NCBI RefSeq assembly: GCF_006345805.1
Contig: NW_021829696.1
Location: 1-5,997 of the forward strand
Direction of reading: 5' to 3'
DNA: 5,997 nucleotides
DNA from: Octopus sinensis
Lineage: Eukaryota
Part shown: positions 1 to 5,997 of the stretch, piece after piece
How the letters are laid out: every line of letters starts with the position of its first letter
How positions within the stretch are numbered: position 1 is the first letter of the stretch
Made by a program: the position numbers and the translations under genes
Notes under the pieces: generated by a model
Seen by the model: only the letters and a program-made list of their open reading frames with translations
What the model was told of the DNA's origin: nothing
Database searches by the model: none

Positions 1-9
1 ATTATTATT

Positions 10-467
10 GAGTGAGATAGCAGAGCATGCCATCAAAGTGACACTGGGGCAAAATATACGAAGCCCAGTATACCCCTCATGACTACCCATCTGATAAGGG
101 TACACCAGGCACATGCATCACAACCATATGTATGCGACATGGTGATTTCATATGAAGATTAACAACACATGACCTTGCAGGTGGGGCCCAGTTAGAATTT
201 TCTTCTGGTCGAGTAACCCATCCCGCTCAAAGGGTCCCTGAATAAGGGTTGTTTAAGGATGTTGAATGAAACATCCCAAAGAATCCCTCTCAACACATGG
301 CTATGATGCCCCCCCCCCCCACTACTTCTGCTCGTGATCAGAGATGCACGTATCGTCAGCCACTAAGGGACATGCTCAACTGGTTATGGTCAAACAACTG
401 ACAAGCAAATCTGCCCGTCTTTTATACCAAGACAAAATAATGTATATAATAACACTTCCAATCAGTT
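10..467 (-). mobile_element. Copy 1 of a ~540-bp non-coding interspersed element (probable non-autonomous non-LTR retroposon or LINE 3' region), truncated at its right end
   Basis: Aligns by eye with 548-1090 and 1133-1571 (starts GAGTGAGATAGCAGAGCATGCCATCAAAGTGACACTGGGG). It is preceded by (ATT)n, ends at CCAATCAGTT and has two private internal deletions. Strand is inferred from the (AAT)n tail and the truncation pattern. Confidence 0.75.
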
Positions 468-493
468 TATTATTATTATTATCATTATCATCA

Positions 494-526
<33 letters not shown>

Positions 527-547
527 TATTATATTATTATTATTATT
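468..547. repeat. (ATT)n/(ATC)n microsatellite spacer between copies 1 and 2
   Basis: TATTATTATT...ATCATTATCATCATCATTATTATT... read directly. Confidence 0.95.
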
Positions 548-1090
548 GAGTGAGAGAGCAGTGCATGCCAACAAAGTAACACTGGGGTACAAATATACAA
601 AGCCCAGTAAACCCATCATGACTACCTGTATAATAAGAGTATACCAGGCACATGCATCACAACCATATGTGTGTGATATGGTGATTTCATATCAAGATAA
701 ACAGTGCATGACCTTGCAGGTGGGACCCAGTTAGAATATTCTTCAGGTTGAGTAGCCCATCCCGCTGAAAAGATTCCTGAATAAGTGTTGTTTAAGGATG
801 ATAAACAAAACACCCATGTTTCCAAAGGTATTTTATCCAAACCCCAAAGAATTCCTCTCAACACATGGCTATGATGCTCCCCCACTACTTTTGTGCATAA
901 TCATCAGCCACTAAGGGACATACTCAACTGGTTAAGGTCTACAACTGACTATCAAATCTGTGGTATTGAGCAGAATAGTTGCTGTAGCCCATCTTTTATA
1001 CTAAGACAAAACAATGTACATGATAACACTTCCAATCAGTTAAGATCAGAAGCCACGAGAGCCACTGTCTGGTACTGCATGAGGGCATTT
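548..1090 (-). mobile_element. Copy 2 (longest) of the ~540-bp element
   Basis: Runs from GAGTGAGAGAGCAGTGCATGCC to GGTACTGCATGAGGGCATTT, extends ~50 bp beyond the end of copy 1, and is flanked on both sides by ATT/ATC repeats. Confidence 0.75.
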
Positions 1091-1130
1091 ATCATCATCA
1101 TCATCATCATCATCATTATCATTATTATTA
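1091..1130. repeat. (ATC)n(ATT)n microsatellite spacer between copies 2 and 3
   Basis: ATCATCATC...CATTATCATTATTATTA read directly. Confidence 0.95.
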
Positions 1131-1132
1131 CT

Positions 1133-1571
1133 GAGTGAGAGAGCAGTGCATGATATCAAAGTGACTTTGAAGTACAAATATACAAAGCCTAGTATACCCA
1201 TCATGACTACCCATACAATAATGGTACACCAGACACATGCATTACAACCAAATGTGTGACAATGATCTCATATCAAGATAAGCGGTGCATGACCTTGCAG
1301 GTGGGAACCAATTAGAATTTTCTTCAGGTTGAGTAGTCCATCCCACTCAAATGGTCCTTGAATAAGGGTTGTTTAAGGATGATGAACAAAACACCCATGT
1401 TTCTAGAGGTAAATTATCCAAACCCCAAAGAATTCCTCTCAACACATGGCTACTTCTGCTCGTGATCAGAGATGCACATATCGTCAGCCACTAAGGGACA
1501 TGCTCAACTGGTTAAGGTCCAACAACTGACAAGCAAATCTGTGGTATTGAGCAGAATATTAGCTGTAGCCC
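1133..1571 (-). mobile_element. Copy 3 of the ~540-bp element, most truncated at the right end
   Basis: Runs from GAGTGAGAGAGCAGTGCATG to GCTGTAGCCC, colinear with copy 2 up to its position ~990, with a private 16-bp deletion near 1452. Confidence 0.75.
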
Positions 1572-1580
1572 TATCATTAG

Positions 1581-1760
1581 GTCAGAACCATTCTCCCCTT
1601 GCTCTGTTACTAACCATTCCACTCTAGCTCTGTCAGAACCATTCTATTCTTTCTCTGTTACTAAGCTTTCCATCCTAGCTCTGTCAAAACCATTCTCCTC
1701 TTGCTCAGTTACTAACCATTCCAGCCTAGCTCTGTCAAAACCATTCTACGCCTGCTCTGT
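1581..1760. repeat. 51-bp minisatellite, left block (~3.5 units)
   Basis: GTCA(G/A)AACCATTCT recurs at 1581, 1632, 1683 and 1734 (period exactly 51). Confidence 0.92.
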
Positions 1761-1837
1761 ATATACATATATATATATGCATGTATATATATATATGCAC
1801 AACTATACAGATATATATATATACATATATATGTGCA

Positions 1838-1880
<43 letters not shown>

Positions 1881-1884
1881 TATA
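1761..1884. repeat. (TA)n-rich microsatellite inside the minisatellite
   Basis: Degenerate TATATA/TACA tract. Confidence 0.9.
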
Positions 1885-1886
1885 GG

Positions 1887-1931
1887 TAGCATGGAAAGCG
1901 GACGTTAAACGATGATGATGATGATGATGAT
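1887..1931 (+). mobile_element. Short 3'-terminal fragment of a non-LTR retroposon with a (GAT)n tail
   Basis: TAGCATGGAAAGCGGACGTTAAAC followed by (GAT)7. It resembles, from recall, the 3' end of an abundant octopus LINE/SINE family; not verified by search. Confidence 0.55.
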
Positions 1932-1948
1932 GTGTGCATATATATATG

Positions 1949-2091
1949 CATCCATCCTAGCTTTTTCAAAACCATTCTATTCTTGCTCTTTTACTAACCA
2001 TTCCATCCTAGCTCAGTCAAACCATTTTAGTCTTGCACTGTTACATATCATTCTATCCAAGCTCTGTCAAAACCATTCTACTTTTGTTCTG
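1949..2091. repeat. 51-bp minisatellite, right block (~2.8 units)
   Basis: Unit starts at 1965, 2016 and 2066 (periods 51 and 50), with the same consensus as 1581-1760. Confidence 0.9.
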
Positions 2092-2142
2092 CCATGAACC
2101 CCTACATACAATCTTCTATAAAAATGGACATATGACAGCTGT

Positions 2143-2459
2143 GTGAAGGCACATGACTTAGCATTTCAGACATTGCATTCAATATCACTCGACCAGGCGT
2201 TTGATTTCAGGATCAGGTGTCACGTCGTGCTCCTGAGCAAAACATTTCATTCCACATTGCTTGACTCCATGAAGTTGTAAATAGGTAAGCCTAGGACAGA
2301 ACATCTCTCAAGCTTTCTGCCCAGAGAGAATATGAGAATACTGACCTGCTCATCTAACCAGTCGGGTGGCTTCATTTGAAAGCGAAAACAATATGAAGCG
2401 CATTGTGACCAGCGATGTATAACAACTTCCGATAGCCTGGTTGATACTTTGATACTCTG
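2143..2459 (+). mobile_element. Degenerate tRNA-derived SINE with CORE-like central segment, flanked by an 11-bp TSD
   Basis: Direct repeat ATGACAGCTGT at 2132-2142 and 2460-2470. Decayed A-box-like TGACTTAGCAT (2154-2164) and B-box-like GTTTGATTTC (2199-2208). GTGCTCCTGAGCAAAACATTTCA resembles the CORE-type motif. Short tandem tail TGATACTTTGATACTCTG; length 317 bp. Confidence 0.75.
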
Positions 2460-2689
2460 ATGACAGCTGTATTTAAAAAAAAAGAACAGATGGTGGCTTG
2501 TGTAGATGACAAGGTTGAGCCTAGCTTTAATTGTGTTCCACTTTTAAGGTTGTTGAGGAAAGTGTGAATGTCACCGATTCTCGTTTGAACGTTCTGTAAA
2601 AATATGTCTGCTTCCTGTATGTAGTTAAAAAGGAGTTTTTGAGTTCATAAAGAAACTTTGATAAGATATTGATTACTACCTCCCGGTCT

Positions 2690-3288
2690 CCTCCAGCCAC
2701 CTACACCATCACTGCAACCCACCCACCACCACCACCACTACCATCTCCGCCATCAAAAACCACTTTCACCTCTACCACTATCACTACCACCACCACCACC
2801 ACCATCACCACCACTAACACTACCATCTCCACCACCAAAAACCACTACCACTATCACCACCGCCACCACCACTATCACCACCACCACCACCACTACCATC
2901 TCCAGCACCAAAAACCACTGCCCCCTCTACCACTACCACCACCACTATCACCACCACTATCACAACCACCACCACCACCACCACCAACAGCACCATGATG
3001 ATGATGACAACCGCAACCACCATCACTCCCATCACAACCATGATCACGATGGTAACTGCCATCACCTTCACCATCACCATCAAAACAAACCCTAGCTACC
3101 ACCCTCCCACCCACCACCACCCCCACCACCACCACCACCACCAATTTCTTGTATGACCACAACCACCCCCCACCCCGCCTGGTATTAACACTGCTGCAAC
3201 TAATACCACAATTACCACCACAAATATTGCTATAACCACCACCACCACCACCACCACTACCACCACCAAAACCACCACCATCACCACT
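2690..3288. repeat. Degenerate (CAC/ACC)n trinucleotide low-complexity tract
   Basis: Continuous CACCAC/CACTAC/CATCAC variants, strongly C/A-skewed. Confidence 0.92.
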
Positions 3289-3388
3289 AAAACTGCTGCT
3301 ATTTTTCAAATTATTTCTCTGTGAAATATGAAGGACCCTTGTTGCTGATGTTGTTCTCATTATCACTATAATTGCAATTATCACAGTT

Positions 3389-3414
3389 ATCATCATCATC
3401 ATCATCATCATCAT
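3389..3414. repeat. (ATC)n microsatellite
   Basis: ATCATCATC run. Confidence 0.9.
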
Positions 3415-3510
3415 TCATTATACTATTTCCTTCTGTTACTGCGAGCACACCCTTCTCCAACCCACGAAACCCATGTGTCTCTGCATACACATACAGCTCT
3501 TTCCTTCTCT

Positions 3511-3582
3511 TATACACACACACACATGCACACGTGCATATGTGTATACATGTGTACCATACATATACATACATACATACAT

Positions 3583-3631
<49 letters not shown>

Positions 3632-4095
3632 CATATATATATACACAATATATATGTATATATTATATATATCTGTTATAGTTATGCCATATATATATAT
3701 ATATACATGTACATATATATATATATATAGATATATATATCTATATATATATTTATACATGCACATGCATAATATATATATATGCATATGTGTTTACATA
3801 TATATACATACATACAAACATATATATTTGTAATGCATCAGATCACTATTTATATATACATATATGTATATATGTATATAAATATGTATACAAATATGTA
3901 TATATATATGTATGTATATATAGATGTATGTAAATATATATATATATATAAATATATATATATATAGATAGATAGATAGATAGAAAGATTAATACATATA
4001 TATATATATATATAAACACACAAACTTACATTCATGCACACACAAATATACACACACCAATATGTATGTGTTTGTATTTATGTTTATGTATATGT
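3511..4095. repeat. Compound (TA)n/(CA)n/(TACA)n/(GATA)n microsatellite field
   Basis: Long TATATA runs with CACA, TACA and GATAGATA (~3965-3983) blocks. Confidence 0.93.
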
Positions 4096-4114
4096 CTACC
4101 TAAAAGAAGGTGTT

Positions 4115-4136
4115 TGTGTGTGTGTGTGTGTGTGTG
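4115..4136. repeat. (TG)n microsatellite
   Basis: TGTGTG run. Confidence 0.93.
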
Positions 4137-4261
4137 CATGCTCATAAGACAAGAAAAATGGAAAAAAAAATTGTATAAAAAAATTTAATTGAAGAATTTG
4201 TTGGATTCGAAATAAAGAAACAAAAAAAAAACAAAATAAATAAAACACAACTGAAAAAATT

Positions 4262-4690
4262 GCTGATAATGGAGAAGATGGTTATGAAAATGATGATGAT
4301 GATGATTTTGAAGATGGTGATGTTGACGACAATAATGATGATATTGGACTATATGGTGAAGATGATGATGATAATGATGATAGTGATGTTGATGATAATG
4401 AAGATGGTAGTAGACAAGATGGGCAATGATGACAATGACAAGAAGAGTGATGGAGATGATAATGATGATGATGATGGTGGTGGTGATGATGATGATGATG
4501 ATGATGAGGAAAATGATGAAGGAGATGACGATAGCACTCTCCGCATGCGAAACAAAACTAACCAAGCATCTCCAGTAAGGTAATGAAAAAAATATGAGAT
4601 GATGATGACGATGATGATGATGATGAGGAGGAGAAGGAGGAGAAAGAAGAGGAGGATGCAGAAGAGAAAGGAGAGGAAAGTGATGATTAT
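4262..4690. repeat. Degenerate (GAT)n then (GAG/GAA)n purine-rich low-complexity tract
   Basis: GATGATGAT variants with a ~55-bp non-repetitive island at ~4532-4585, then GAGGAGGAGAAG. Confidence 0.88.
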
Positions 4691-4818
4691 GCAAAAAAAA
4701 AAAAGACATCAACAACGACAAAAATAAACTCCACTGCAATAAGATAAGAAAGTAAACAAGTTAATGTTATAGAATTAAGAATATAAATTGGCAAAAGGTG
4801 TATATATTGGAAATGACT

Positions 4819-4819
4819 T

Positions 4820-4858
<39 letters not shown>

Positions 4859-4867
4859 TACATACAC
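4819..4867. repeat. (CA)n microsatellite
   Basis: CACACA run with TA interruptions. Confidence 0.92.
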
Positions 4868-4899
4868 AAATATATACATGTTCTGGAACTTGGTGTATA

Positions 4900-4980
4900 A
4901 ATTGAGAATGGTTGCAGATATTAGCAATGTATATAATAGATATGCATATACTTGCATATGTACAATACATTCATATATAT

Positions 4981-5023
<43 letters not shown>

Positions 5024-5150
5024 GATATATAGCTATATATTGTAGCTGTAATTATATATACTATATATATATATATGAATGTATGTATATATGCATGTAT
5101 ATATGCATATCTATTATATACATTGTTAATATCTGCAACCATTCTCAATT
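4900..5150. repeat. Long inverted repeat (foldback or MITE-like) with TA-rich centre
   Basis: 4900-4950 is the reverse complement of 5100-5150 with one mismatch in 51 bp; complementarity continues inward imperfectly (to ~4990 and ~5060). Confidence 0.9.
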
Positions 5151-5293
5151 ATATGTATATATATATATGTATTATATAGTATATTATATATACACAGAGC
5201 TATATATGTATATATATTATACATATATATATATTATATGTTGGGAATATATTATATGTATGAATGTAACATATATATATTTGCATATATTAG

Positions 5294-5327
<34 letters not shown>
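5151..5327. repeat. Degenerate (TA)n tract
   Basis: TATATA-rich sequence with a pure run at ~5297-5327. Confidence 0.85.
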
Positions 5328-5329
<2 letters not shown>

Positions 5330-5442
5330 AAAACGGTGCATGTTTAAGAAATTGTGTACATATTGCAAATAATGCTTGGAATTGATTGGTGAAATTATAT
5401 AACTAAATCTAGGAGTGTGTATAGATAACTATACACCCACTT

Positions 5443-5467
5443 CACACACACACACACACACACACAC
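5443..5467. repeat. (CA)n microsatellite
   Basis: Pure CACACA run. Confidence 0.93.
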
Positions 5468-5658
5468 TTGATCACCTTCTTTCTCTCTCTTTCTCTTGTC
5501 TAAGTTGTAATTCCACGCATTAAGTCTTGGAGTGGTGAAGGAGGTGGGGGCTTTGTTGAGGTGAGTGAGGAAAGCTAAGATATAAACAGTGGAATATTTT
5601 AATGAAATATGATTCTAAATATATTTCCCCACTCCTGTTAAACTTTTCTACTCCTCCC

Positions 5659-5728
5659 ATCTCTCTCTCTCATTCTCTCTCTTCCCCTCTGTCTCTCTCT
5701 ATCTCTCTGTCTGTCTGTTTGTCTCTCT
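5659..5728. repeat. Degenerate (CT)n tract
   Basis: CTCTCT/CTGT variants. Confidence 0.85.
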
Positions 5729-5841
5729 ATTTGGTAACTTATAATTTCATACACTCATTCTTTAAGTGTCTGTATAGAGGTGGCACAAGATGAAGAATAT
5801 AATGGGAAGAAATTTTAATGAAATCTTGTGATTGGAATCAG

Positions 5842-5891
<50 letters not shown>
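5842..5891. repeat. (CT)n microsatellite
   Basis: Nearly pure TCTCTC run, followed by T-rich sequence to the window end. Confidence 0.93.
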
Positions 5892-5897
<6 letters not shown>

Positions 5898-5997
5898 TAT
5901 TTTTTACCATTGTTTTTTAGTTCTGTTTCTTTCTTTGTTTGTTTTTTGTCATTCGATTTTTCTTCTTTGCTAATTTCTTCGTCTGGTAAATAAACAT

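Noticed and set aside
1040-1090. HDV-like ribozyme or tRNA head at the putative 5' end of the ~540-bp element
   Set aside because: I could not build the P1/P3/P1.1 pairings by eye and found no B box; a covariance-model search would be needed.
344-1138. ORFs of 62-87 aa within the repeated element
   Set aside because: Frames are not preserved between the three copies (indels and stops), there are no RT or endonuclease motifs, and two ORFs end in poly-I/L from the ATT tracts.
1581-2091. CRISPR-like array or 17-codon protein repeat
   Set aside because: Units are contiguous with no unique spacers, there are no cas genes and the context is eukaryotic. One unit is 50 bp, and no long ORF spans the array.
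2143-2215. Functional tRNA gene
   Set aside because: The A and B boxes are degenerate and no cloverleaf forms; better explained as a SINE head.
2669-3414. Pro/Thr/His-rich and Gly/Val-rich ORFs (extensin- or mucin-like appearance)
   Set aside because: These are translations of (CAC)n, open in several frames on both strands, with frame-switching composition and no supported gene structure.
3311-4053. YI/YM-repeat ORFs
   Set aside because: Artefacts of (TA)n microsatellites; the same applies to 1712-1975 and 4687-5385.
4185-4739. 184-aa His/Ile-rich ORF and the overlapping Asp/Met-rich ORF
   Set aside because: Read-through of (GAT)n/(ATC)n with no domain signature.
5137-5146. AACCATTCTC shared between the inverted-repeat arm and the 51-bp minisatellite
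   Set aside because: Only 10 bp and the similarity does not extend; compatible with chance.

Overview
AT-rich, non-coding eukaryotic (animal) DNA dominated by repeats. No credible protein-coding gene, RNA gene or CRISPR array is visible; all listed ORFs are read-throughs of microsatellites or repeat copies. The repeat families resemble, from memory, those of octopus/coleoid cephalopod genomes (inference, no search run). In order: (1) three head-to-tail diverged copies of a ~540-bp interspersed element (10-1571), separated by (ATT/ATC)n tracts, with a shared left end and different right ends, like minus-strand non-LTR retroposon copies with an (AAT)n tail and variable 5' truncation; (2) a 51-bp minisatellite built from 25+26-bp subunits (1581-2091), interrupted in phase by a ~190-bp TA-rich insert carrying a retroposon-like 3' tail; (3) a degenerate tRNA-headed SINE (2143-2459) with a perfect 11-bp target-site duplication; (4) long (CAC)n, (TA)n, (GAT)n, (CA)n and (CT)n tracts; (5) a near-perfect inverted repeat (4900-5150) able to form a long hairpin.
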